DNA of 64,000 bases, from the NCBI GenBank assembly GCA_017525875.1, contig JAFXSG010000004.1:76738-140737 (forward strand), in the 5' to 3' direction. The notes beneath the pieces were generated by a model. That model was not told where the DNA came from. It did no database searches and saw only the letters and a program-made list of their open reading frames with translations. This stretch comes from Clostridia bacterium (GTDB lineage: Bacteria > Bacillota > Clostridia > Christensenellales > CAG-138). The translations under genes were made by a program, and so were the position numbers. Positions 27,469 through 37,100 of this stretch are shown here, piece by piece. Position 1 is the first letter of the stretch. Each line of letters begins with the position of its first letter.

Positions 27469-27718
27469 GCGTTTTTTCTCCTTTGTTTCCGCGGGCAGGG
27501 CGCTGGGCCTCCGTCCGACGGGCATACTGAATAAGCGAGACCACATGATCTCGACTTTATTATACATCCGATTATTAAAAAATAAAAGAGCTTTGCAGGC
27601 AAAACGGGCCGCTGCCGCGCAATATACCGCAATTTTCGCGGAAATGGGGCGGACATTATGCCGATGGATGGGGCATAATAGTTGATAAAACGAGAAAACT
27701 ATGCTCAAGAGGTGCGCA

Positions 27719-28429
27719 ATGGCTCTTAAAAGAAAACTGCCCGGCCGGACGGCGGGCGCGGTCATCACGAACCTGCTCCTTGCGGCGATCGCCGCGGGGC
27801 TGTTTCTTGCGCTGAACAGCCCGGGAGCGCAGACGCTCGCCGCCTCGTCCCCTGCGGGCCCGGGAACGGTCTACCGCGGGAGGGACGAAAGACGGGTATC
27901 GCTCGTCTGCGTCGTTTCATGGAACGCTTCCGCGTGCGAAAGCATCCTCGGCACGCTTTCCCGACAGGGCGGCAGCATGACCTTTGCCGTCGGCGCGGAG
28001 TTCGCTGCCGGAAATCCCGAGCTGCTGCGGAAAATGCGGGAGACGGGGCAGGATATCGCGCTCTGCTGCGAAGGGGACGCGAAAAACGATCTCGGCGCCG
28101 CGGCGGAGGAGCTTCGGCGCACGCTGCAACTCGTATCAGGCGCCTGCGGAGCCGCGCCGCGCGCGTTCGTCTGCGGGAAGGACACGGATGCCGCCGCCTG
28201 CCGCGCGGCAAGAGCGCTCGGCCTCACGGTCGTGGCCGGTTCGTGCGATCTCGTCTGCGTGCGGGGCACGGCCGCGGAGATCGCGGCAAGGGCGAAGACC
28301 GTGCGCGGAGGGGACGTCGCCGTCTGCGCGCCGACGGCCGCGTTCGCGGAAGCGCTTCCCCGCATTTTGGAATATTATTCCGGCATGGGCTTGACGGCGG
28401 CCTCTCTAAGCGGTACAATATACGATTGA
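27719..28429 (+). CDS. Membrane-anchored hypothetical protein (weak polysaccharide-deacetylase-like resemblance, catalytic motifs not seen)
   Basis: ATG 27719 follows AAGAGGTG. TM helix VITNLLLAAIAAGLFLAL. Ala/Gly-rich. Confidence 0.45.
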   Translation: MALKRKLPGRTAGAVITNLLLAAIAAGLFLALNSPGAQTLAASSPAGPGTVYRGRDERRVSLVCVVSWNASACESILGTLSRQGGSMTFAVGAEFAAGNPELLRKMRETGQDIALCCEGDAKNDLGAAAEELRRTLQLVSGACGAAPRAFVCGKDTDAAACRAARALGLTVVAGSCDLVCVRGTAAEIAARAKTVRGGDVAVCAPTAAFAEALPRILEYYSGMGLTAASLSGTIYD

Positions 28430-28458
28430 GATGATAGGCATTATCGGAGAGAGCTGAA

Positions 28459-29763
28459 ATGGACATGATTTTTCGCGAAACACTGAAAAACGGGCTCAGG
28501 ATCGTCGGCGAGCGTATGGAGAACTACCGCTCCGTGTCGATCGGCTGCTGGGTAAAGGCCGGCTCGGTCTATGAAAACTTCGGCCTCGGCGGCGCGGGCA
28601 GCGAGAGCGGCGTGTCCCATTTCATAGAACACATGCTCTTCAAGGGCACCAATAAACGCAGCGCGGCCGAGATCGCGGAGGAGATCGACGCGATCGGCGG
28701 CAATCTCAACGCCTTCACGAGCAAGGAATGCACCTGCTTCTACGTCAAGGTCATCGATGAAAACCTCGACGCGGCCGTTGAGCTGCTTTCGGATCTGGTT
28801 TGCAATTCCCGCCTTGCGGAGGACGATATCGAGCGCGAAAAGGGCGTCGTGACCGAGGAGATCCTGATGAACGAGGACTCGCCGGAGGACCTCGTCCACG
28901 AATCGCTTTGCTCGCTCTACTACGGCAAAAACGCGTACGCATGGCCGGTGCTCGGCACGGCGGAGAGCGTTTCGGCGCTCACGCGGGATATGCTCACCGG
29001 CTACATGGCAAGGCGCTATCGCCCGGAGAACATGGTCATCTCCGCCGCCGGCAATTTCGATCCCGAAGCGCTCGTGCGGGCGGTAACGAAAGCGTTTGGC
29101 TTTGAAAGCAATGGACCCGCGCGGGAAGAAGCGCTCCCGCAGCCCGCGCCCGGCGAGGCGGGGGAGAGGTTCCGCCTGATCAACAAGGATATCGAGCAGG
29201 TGCATATCGCGCTCGCGTTCCCCGGATTCAGAAGCGAGGACCCCGGCCAGTACCCGCTCCACATGCTGAACAACGCCGTCGGCGGCTGCATGAGCTCGAG
29301 GCTCTTCCAGAACATCCGCGAAAAGAACGGCATGGCGTACTCGGTCTATTCCGCGCCGACCTTCTTCATGACGAGCGGCTACTTTACGCTGTACGCCGGA
29401 ACGGGCGAAAAACAGGCGGAGCAGGTGCTTTCCCTGATGCTAAGGGAATACGAGGCGGTGCGCGACGGCGGCATCACCGAAGAGGAGATCGAAAGGAGCA
29501 AACGCCAGATGAGGACGGGGTTCCTGCTCGGCAGGGAGAACACCTCCGCCCATTCCTCCGCGCTCGGCAGGAGCGAGCTCTTCGGCACGAAGTACCTCAC
29601 GGATGAAGAGGTGCTTCAAAAGATCGAGGGCGTCACCAAGGAAAGCGTGGACGCGATCCTGCCCGTCGTATGCGATCTTTCGAAAATGCGCGCGAGCCTC
29701 GTCGGCAAGGTCGGGCGCTCCGGCAAAAAGCTCACCGCGCTGCTCGAAAACGCGGGCAGGTGA
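28459..29763 (+). CDS. M16 (pitrilysin/insulinase) family zinc peptidase
   Basis: HxxEH motif in GVSHFIEHMLFKGT. 434 aa with a two-domain M16 layout. Confidence 0.88.
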   Translation: MDMIFRETLKNGLRIVGERMENYRSVSIGCWVKAGSVYENFGLGGAGSESGVSHFIEHMLFKGTNKRSAAEIAEEIDAIGGNLNAFTSKECTCFYVKVIDENLDAAVELLSDLVCNSRLAEDDIEREKGVVTEEILMNEDSPEDLVHESLCSLYYGKNAYAWPVLGTAESVSALTRDMLTGYMARRYRPENMVISAAGNFDPEALVRAVTKAFGFESNGPAREEALPQPAPGEAGERFRLINKDIEQVHIALAFPGFRSEDPGQYPLHMLNNAVGGCMSSRLFQNIREKNGMAYSVYSAPTFFMTSGYFTLYAGTGEKQAEQVLSLMLREYEAVRDGGITEEEIERSKRQMRTGFLLGRENTSAHSSALGRSELFGTKYLTDEEVLQKIEGVTKESVDAILPVVCDLSKMRASLVGKVGRSGKKLTALLENAGR

Positions 29764-29805
29764 CGGGACGGCGGCAGCCGTACATTATTGATAAAGGAAA
29801 GAACT

Positions 29806-30171
29806 ATGGACAAGCTTGATAAGATATTCGAAATGCAGAAGCTGCTCAACGACGACATCATCACGAGGCGGCGCCTTGAGTTCAGCAAGGAGGAATGGAT
29901 GCAGAAGGAAGTCCTCGCGATGCTTTCGGAGCTCTCCGAAGTGCTGGACGAGGTGAACTTCAAGTGGTGGAAGAACCCGAAGCCCGTCGACGACGACGCT
30001 CTGAGGGGCGAGATCGTGGACATACTGCATTTCTTCGTGAGCATGTGCCTCGTTTCCGGCATGGATGCGGACGAGCTGTTCGAAAGGTACAAGCTCAAGA
30101 ACAAGGAGAATTTCGACAGGCAGTACGGCCGCAGCGAGAAAAAGGGCTACGAAGTGCCGGATGAGGACTGA
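29806..30171 (+). CDS. Dimeric dUTPase-like all-alpha NTP pyrophosphatase
   Basis: ATG 29806 after AAAGGAAAG. LDKIFEMQKLLND...EVLDEVNFKWWKNPK...EIVDILHFFVSMC resembles the dUTPase_2/MazG-like family. Confidence 0.65.
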   Translation: MDKLDKIFEMQKLLNDDIITRRRLEFSKEEWMQKEVLAMLSELSEVLDEVNFKWWKNPKPVDDDALRGEIVDILHFFVSMCLVSGMDADELFERYKLKNKENFDRQYGRSEKKGYEVPDED

Positions 30172-30185
30172 CGGAGGTTAGCCGG

Positions 30186-31409
30186 ATGGAAGTTATCAAG
30201 TTCAGAAGAAAACGCAGGCGGCTCAAAAAGGGCGCGCTCGCGATAATCCTCGGTTTCCTCGCCGCAGCCGTCCTCACGATACTGCTGATAATGTATTTCG
30301 GCGGCTCGGAGGGCACGGTGCAGACCGGCGCCATCACCGCCGCCCATAACTACGACGCGGTGGTCATCCGCAAGGAAAAGATCGTCTCCTCCGATGAATT
30401 CAGCATCGCCGATTATTTTGCGGACGAGGGCCAGCGCGTTGAGCCCGGCGACGCGGTCATGAACGTTTACAAAATGGGCTACAGCAGCGAGATAACGCTC
30501 TCGCTGCGGCGCACGCAGCAGGAGATCTACGAGGCGCAGCTCGAGGTGCTCGGCGAAGCGAGGGACGTGGAGCTGAGGAGCTTTGACGACGGCATCGATT
30601 CCGCCAAAGCCCGCCTTTCAAACGCGGTGCTGACCGGGGACACCGCGAGCGTGCTGAGGATCCAGAACGAGCTGACGGATCTTCTCAGCGCACGCAGCGA
30701 ATACCTGCGCGGCTATATCCAGGAGACCGAAACGCTGCGCAGCCTTTATAAAAAGGAAAGCGACTGGCAGCGCGCCGTCGAGGATTCGCGCACGGAGCTC
30801 ACGGCTCCGACCGCGGGCGTAGTGAGCTATTATTTCGACGATTTCTCCGTCGCGCTCAATGCAGACAAGCTCTCGACCGTCACGAGCGACCTCATCACCA
30901 GCGCGCTGAAACGCGGCAAATCCGCCAAGCTGACAGGAGCGGCAAGGCAGAACGCCTACCGCATCGTGGACACCGGCGAATGGTACTGCGTGTTTTTGAC
31001 CGAGATCTCCGATCCTCTGCGCGTTGCGGAGGGGCAGAGCTATCCGGTCGAGATCGCCGGCTACGGCGATTATGAAGGCGTTGCGGTGAACAGCTTTGTG
31101 AGCGGCAAAAAGGTCGTCAACGTTATCAAGGTCGAAGGCGACGTGGGCGAGCTCATCAGCGCGCGCGTCATCAAGGCAAGGGTCACCTTCGCCGCGACCG
31201 ATCTGAAGGTCGACCGCCGCGCGATCCAGTTCGAGAACGGCGACCCGTTCATCGAGGTCGTGACGGAGGAAGGCCGCGTGGGCGTGTACGTCAACGTGCT
31301 CTCTGACGACGGCGATCACGTGATCGTCAACGCGAAGAATACCGATAACGCGCCCCTTCACGAGGGAACGAAGTATTGGATCCCGAAGCGCAGGATCTCA
31401 AGATCCTGA
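30186..31409 (+). CDS. HlyD/membrane-fusion-like protein
   Basis: Basic N-terminus plus TM helix, coiled-coil middle, beta-rich C-terminus. Family assigned by resemblance only. Confidence 0.5.
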   Translation: MEVIKFRRKRRRLKKGALAIILGFLAAAVLTILLIMYFGGSEGTVQTGAITAAHNYDAVVIRKEKIVSSDEFSIADYFADEGQRVEPGDAVMNVYKMGYSSEITLSLRRTQQEIYEAQLEVLGEARDVELRSFDDGIDSAKARLSNAVLTGDTASVLRIQNELTDLLSARSEYLRGYIQETETLRSLYKKESDWQRAVEDSRTELTAPTAGVVSYYFDDFSVALNADKLSTVTSDLITSALKRGKSAKLTGAARQNAYRIVDTGEWYCVFLTEISDPLRVAEGQSYPVEIAGYGDYEGVAVNSFVSGKKVVNVIKVEGDVGELISARVIKARVTFAATDLKVDRRAIQFENGDPFIEVVTEEGRVGVYVNVLSDDGDHVIVNAKNTDNAPLHEGTKYWIPKRRISRS

Positions 31410-31430
31410 CGGGATCGGACGGGAGGCAGC

Positions 31431-32141
31431 ATGGATCCAAGAGTACAGATCGAAAACCTGCTCCGTATCCGCGAAAAGATAGCGGAGACGGAGTATAAAT
31501 ACGGAAGGAAGAGCGGCAGCGTCCGCCTTATCGGCGTCACGAAGTTCAAGTCCGTTGACGAGATCCGTCCCGCGATAGAGGCGGGTCTTGCGGACGTGGG
31601 CGAGAACCGCGCGCAGGAGTTCACGGACAAGCTCGATTTCTTCACTTCCAAAGGGCTTACAAAGCATTTTATCGGCGGATTGCAGACGAATAAGGCAAAA
31701 TACCTCGTCGGCAGGGCGGACCTTATCCAGTCCGTGGACAGGCAGGAGCTTGCCGCCGAAATAAACAGGCTCGCCGTCAAAAAAGGCGTGGTCCAGCCGG
31801 TGCTGATCGAGGTCAACATCGGCAGAGAGGAGCAGAAATCCGGCATCGCGCCCGAGCTGCTTCCGGAATTCCTTAAGATAGTTTCCGACATGCCCGGGAT
31901 CCTTGTGAACGGGCTGATGTGCGTTCCTCCGGCGGGCAGCGAGGACGAGGCAAGGCCGTATTTCGCAAGGATGAGAGAGCTTTTCGGCGAAATGAAGGAG
32001 CTTGAGCTCCCGAACGTTTCGATGCGCGAGCTCTCAATGGGCATGAGCGGGGATTATAAAGCCGCGATAGCGGAGGGTGCGACGATGGTGCGGATCGGTT
32101 CCGCGATCTTCGGCCCGCGCAGCGCGGTCAAACCGGGCTGA
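31431..32141 (+). CDS. yggS: YggS-family pyridoxal-phosphate homeostasis protein
   Basis: RLIGVTKFKSVDEIRPAIEAGLADVGENRAQEF and C-terminal LSMGMSGDYKAAIAEGATMVRIGSAIFG. Confidence 0.9.
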   Translation: MDPRVQIENLLRIREKIAETEYKYGRKSGSVRLIGVTKFKSVDEIRPAIEAGLADVGENRAQEFTDKLDFFTSKGLTKHFIGGLQTNKAKYLVGRADLIQSVDRQELAAEINRLAVKKGVVQPVLIEVNIGREEQKSGIAPELLPEFLKIVSDMPGILVNGLMCVPPAGSEDEARPYFARMRELFGEMKELELPNVSMRELSMGMSGDYKAAIAEGATMVRIGSAIFGPRSAVKPG

Positions 32142-32210
32142 CGCCCGTGCGGAGTTGTCACCGCAGTTTTTCTCCAAGCGCCAACGATCACAACTTAGGA
32201 GGAAAGAAAA

Positions 32211-32657
32211 ATGGCAAAAGGACTTAAAAAGCTTTGGGATGCTCTGCTGGAGCCCAGCGACTATCCCGAGCAGGAGGAACTTGAGTACAACGAAGAAGCG
32301 GCGAACTCCTACAAGGAGCCCGAGCCGGAGCCCGAGCCGCGCAGGCAGAGCGTTTCAAGGCGCAGCCAGAGCGCGGGCATCGTGAACCTGCCCGGCGCCG
32401 CCACCAACAAGATGATCGTCTACCGCCCCGTCAGCTACGAGGACACGCAGAATATCATCGACAACCTCAAGAACCGCAAACCCGTCATCGTCAACATGGA
32501 GCAGATCGAGGTCGAGACCGCGCAGCGCATCCTGGACTTTATGTCCGGCGCATGCTACGCGGTGGACGGCAGGGTCTACAAAGTGTCTTCGAGGATATTC
32601 ATTGTTGCGCCCGCGAACATTGATATCATCGGCAGCTCGGACGGTTTCCGTGAATGA
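32211..32657 (+). CDS. sepF: Cell division protein SepF
   Basis: C-terminal SepF domain MIVYRPVSYEDTQNIIDNLKNRKPVIVNMEQIE...AQRILDFMSGACYAVDG. AGGAGGAAAG RBS. Confidence 0.9.
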   Translation: MAKGLKKLWDALLEPSDYPEQEELEYNEEAANSYKEPEPEPEPRRQSVSRRSQSAGIVNLPGAATNKMIVYRPVSYEDTQNIIDNLKNRKPVIVNMEQIEVETAQRILDFMSGACYAVDGRVYKVSSRIFIVAPANIDIIGSSDGFRE

Positions 32658-32748
32658 GCGGCATAATACTTGACTGAAACGGGTGCCGAACAGCCGGCGG
32701 CGGGGGCAACGCTCCGCCGCCCGGCATCGCCGAAAGCAGGAACAGGCT

Positions 32749-33066
32749 ATGAAAAGGATCGAGATCATAAACAAAGAATTCCCGCACGCCTTCTGGGGCT
32801 ACGACGTGACGGAGGTCGACCTCTTCCTCGATGAGATCATCAGGGAGTTCGACCGCCTGCACAACGAACTGGATATCGCGGCTTTCAACGCCGAAGCCGC
32901 GCGGGAACGCGAGGAGAAGCTCAAAGCGAAGATCGCGGAGCTTACCGCCGCGCTGCGCGGGGGTGACGACGCGGAAGAAGAGCCCGCCGGGGCGGCGGAG
33001 GGACCGGAGCAGCCGGAGGATCCGCTCGGCGCCTACCTCGACGAGGACTCCGGCGGGGAGCAGTGA
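32749..33066 (+). CDS. DivIVA-domain protein (short)
   Basis: INKEFPHAFWGYDVTEVDLFLDEIIREFDRL matches the DivIVA N-terminal domain, followed by a coiled coil. Start chosen at MKRIEI. Confidence 0.75.
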   Translation: MKRIEIINKEFPHAFWGYDVTEVDLFLDEIIREFDRLHNELDIAAFNAEAAREREEKLKAKIAELTAALRGGDDAEEEPAGAAEGPEQPEDPLGAYLDEDSGGEQ

Positions 33067-33182
33067 ACGCAGGCGTTCGCGGCCGATATCATAACCCGAT
33101 ATTATAATATGAAGAAACCGGCTGAGACCGGCTTGCGGGAACGGTCCTGAAACTGTTCCCGTTTGAATAGACCGAGGAAAAT

Positions 33183-33905
33183 ATGGACGGAGATATGGAA
33201 AACAAACAGAGGCCCGAAAGCGGCGATGCGGCTGCGGAACGGATAGAGGCCCTCGCCGCAGAAGCCGTTTCGGCTGTCAGCGCGAAGGCGCGGGATTTCA
33301 GGCGCAGGCTCGAAAAGCTTCGTGCGGAGTACGGCTGCCGGACCGCGCAGGAAAAGGCGGAGCCCGAGGTCAAACCGGTCGAGACCGTCGAATACGCGCA
33401 GCCGGAGCTCGTCCGCGCGGCGGAGGCGGCCGTGCTGTCCGGCAGGCAGAAGCCCGCCCGCGGCGCAGCGCCCGCTCAAAAGCATGCCCCGCGCAGCGCG
33501 GAGGGCGGCAGCGCGCGTAGGGAGAGCAAGCTCGACCAGATACGCCAGCTTTCGGACGAGTGCGTGCAGGAGCTGCCGCCGGAGTTCCTCAAGAAGCTGA
33601 ACGGCGGCGTTTCGCTCACGGACAGGGTGAAGCAGCACCCGCAGTCCGAGCCCTCGCGCCCGCTTCTGATCCTCGGCGAGTACAGGACCGATCCGAACCT
33701 CGGCAGGAGCATAATGCTCTACGGGGGTTCGATCATCAGAGCATACGGGCGTCTCCCCGAGGCGGCGCTCAAAGCCGAGCTTCGCAGGATCATAAGGCAT
33801 GAGTTCACCCATCATATCGAGTCCCTGAGCGGCACGCGGGACCTTGAGATCTATGACGAGATCCGTCTCGAAGAATACCGGGAGGGCGGCGGAGATAAAA
33901 AATAA
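33183..33905 (+). CDS. Metallopeptidase-family protein (Zincin_1-like, HEFTHH) with a disordered N-terminal half
   Basis: C-terminal RRIIRHEFTHHIESLSG zinc-binding-type motif. The N-terminal ~150 aa are low complexity (A/E/R-rich). Confidence 0.55.
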   Translation: MDGDMENKQRPESGDAAAERIEALAAEAVSAVSAKARDFRRRLEKLRAEYGCRTAQEKAEPEVKPVETVEYAQPELVRAAEAAVLSGRQKPARGAAPAQKHAPRSAEGGSARRESKLDQIRQLSDECVQELPPEFLKKLNGGVSLTDRVKQHPQSEPSRPLLILGEYRTDPNLGRSIMLYGGSIIRAYGRLPEAALKAELRRIIRHEFTHHIESLSGTRDLEIYDEIRLEEYREGGGDKK

Positions 33906-33981
33906 CGCCGGCATTTTGGCTTTTTTTGGCATTTTTGGACACAAATATTATATTATCTCTTCCATTTTACGAAAAAAACTG

Positions 33982-34010
33982 TTGCAATCGCGGATATTTA
34001 CTGATATAAT
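33982..34010 (+). promoter_or_regulatory. Sigma-A type promoter for the scaffoldin-like gene
   Basis: TTGCAA (33982-33987), 17-nt spacer, TATAAT (34005-34010), in an AT-rich stretch. Confidence 0.7.
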
Positions 34011-34120
34011 AATTTAAGCTGGGTAGGTTTCCCCGATCCCGGTCTGCAAACGGAGCTACAGCTGCCGCCCCGTTCGAGCGTGCGGCTTTAGACTTAAAAG
34101 TTTTTTGGAAGGAGAAAAAC

Positions 34121-37100
34121 ATGAAAAGATTCTTTGCAACACTGCTTGCGGCTTTGATGGTCATCTCACTGGTATCCATCCCCGTTGCAGCAGAGGGCGA
34201 AGTCGTTTTCACCGCTGATACCGTTACCGGCGTTCTGCCCGGCGACGACGTATCGGTCCCCGTCTATATCGAGGGTGAAAACTTTGAGGCACATACTCTC
34301 AACATGTACGTGGAGTATGATACCGCTGCCCTTACACTGAACTCCATTACCAAGGGCGATATCGTTTCCGATGCAACTATGTGCATCCCGGATGTTTCGT
34401 CCGAACCCGGCAAAGCCAAGTTCGGTTTCCTCTACGTTACGGACGGTTTCACCCAGAGCGGTACCCTGTTCACCATGAACTTCACCGTCAATGCCGAAGC
34501 GACCGAGGACGTCCCGCTTCACGTTGTCGTGGTTGAGTTCGTGAACCTTCCCGTTAACGGTACGGCTACTCCGATCCCCTTCGTCACCGAGGACGGTCTT
34601 GTCGATCTGGACGTTGAGCCGGTCGAGACCGAAGCTCCCGCGACCGAAGAGCCCGTCGAGCATACTCTGGACGAAGCTCTGAACGTCTCCGGCGGCGAGC
34701 TCCACTTCGTGTCCGAAGGCACCTATCCCTGGATCGTTGTTGAGGAAGGCGACCGTCTGTTCGCGCAGAGCGGCAACGGCGGCGTCAGCAGCTCCTCCTC
34801 CACCCTGACCTTGACCGTCGTGTGCGAAGAGGGCGACACCCTTACCTTCGAGTACAAGGCATTCGGCGAAGGCACCAACTCCTATTGGGATCACTGCGAC
34901 TTCTACGTCGACAACACCCGCGTCCTCTACTACGGCGCTCTCCAGAATGACTGGACCGAGTTCACCACCGATCCTCTCACCGCAGGCGAGCACACCTTCA
35001 CCTGGTCCTACACCAAGGACAGCTCCGTCAACCCGAACGGCGACTATTTCGCAGTCGATAACGTTGAGCTGACCGAGGGCGAGCCGGTTGTCACCGAAGA
35101 ACCCGTCGTCACCGAAGAACCCGTCGTCACCGAAGAGCCCACCACTCCTCCCGAGACCGAAGCTCCCGTTTCCGGTCTGATCGCAGGTTACTACTTCGAG
35201 ACCGAGGAAGAAGCCAACGAGTGGACCTTCGAAGATCAGGACGGCGACGGCTACACCTGGCGCTGGCTCTGCTACAACGTGAACTACAGCTATGAGTCCG
35301 CTTACGAAGGCTACGGCCTCCTCTCCTCCGACTCCTACAACAGTGCATGGGGCGGCGCGCTGAATCCCGATAACTGGGCGATCAGCCCCGAAGTCACGCT
35401 TCCTGCTGACACCGCTTCCGTGACCATGTATCTCAGCGCTCAGGATGCAAGCTGGTCCGACGAGATCTTCCAGGTCTACGCACGCAGCACCACCCGCGGC
35501 GAGTGGGTCGCTCTTGCTGACGAGGACTTCACCGCGACCGGTGAGTACCTCCAGTATTCGTTCGATCTTGCGGACTTCCTCGACGACACCGTCCAGATCG
35601 CTGTCCGCCACTACAACTGCACCGACATGTTCCGCCTCAACCTTGACCAGGTCGAGTTCTGGGGCGAGGGCGGCGAGCCTGTTGTGACCGAAGAACCCGT
35701 TGTCACCGAAGAGCCCACCACTCCTCCCGAGACCGAAGCTCCCGTTTCCGGCCTGATCGCAGGTTACTACTTCGAGACCGAGGAAGAAGTCAACGAATGG
35801 ACCTTCACCGGCACCAATGAAACCAACTGGGTATGGTCCGTCAACAACCCCGGCGGTTATGACTACACCGAGTTCGCACATGAAGGCGAAAGATTCATTA
35901 TGTCCTACTCTTTCGTCGACTATGTTGGCGCCTACCAGGCCAACAACTGGGCGGTCTCCCCCGCAGTCACCCTGCCCAACGGCACTGCGTCCGTCACCTT
36001 CTACGCAAGCAATGCCAACTCGTCCTACCCCGAGGCATTCTCCCTCTACGTCGGCACCAGCCCCGACACCGCCTCTATGGATCTGATCGAGGCGAACATC
36101 GCTCCCTCCACCGGCTATGAAGATCCCTGGACTTACTACGAGTTCGATCTTTCCGACTATGCCGGCCAGACCATCTATCTTGCGTTCTACGATGAGTGCT
36201 ACGATATGTATGAGATCTGGATCGACCAGGTCGAGTTCTGGGGCGAGGGCGGCGAGCCTGTTGTGACCGAAGAACCCGTTGTCACCGAAGAACCCATCGT
36301 GACGGAAGTTCCCGGTGAAGAAGAGTTCATCGCAGGTTACTACTTCGAGACTCGCGACGAGGTCAACGAGTGGACCTTTGTTGACGCCAACAACGACGGC
36401 TTCAACTGGATGTGGAACATTGATTACACCTACGAAGACCTCTCCGGCGTTGCCTACGAAGGCGAGGGCTTCATCACCTCCGAGTCCTACTCCAACGATC
36501 CCGACTACAGCGTACAGCCCAAGTATGGCGCGATCGATGCCGACAACTACGCTGTATCCCCCGCTGTGACCCTCCCGGACGGCACCGCGCGCATGACCTT
36601 CTATGCCACCACCTTCGGCAACTACGGTTATGAGCATCTCGCCGTTTACGCAGGCCTCACTCCCGATCCCGCAGACATGACCGTCGTCATGCCGGAGACC
36701 GAGATCTTCGCTACCACCACCGATTCTGTCAACTATGCGCAGTATGAGGTAGACCTCTCCGCGTTCGCCGGTGAGACCGTATACGTTGCGATCCGCCACT
36801 TCAACAGCTACGACTACTTCCTCGTCGGCGTTGACCAGGTCGAGTTCTGGGGCACCGGCGCTCAGCCTGTCGAGACTGAGACTCCCGTTGAGACCCCGAC
36901 TCCCATCGAAGGCGTAGCATTCACCGTTGAGTCCCCCGAGCAGGTACAGCGCGGCGAGACCTTCGACGTCACCGTTTCCCTTGAAGGCGAGTATGAAGCA
37001 CATACCCTCAACTTCATGCTCAACTACAATGCAGACGCATTCGAGCTCGTCAGCACCGCTGCCGGCAACGTCCTTGATCAGGTTAACGAGATCGGCGGCT

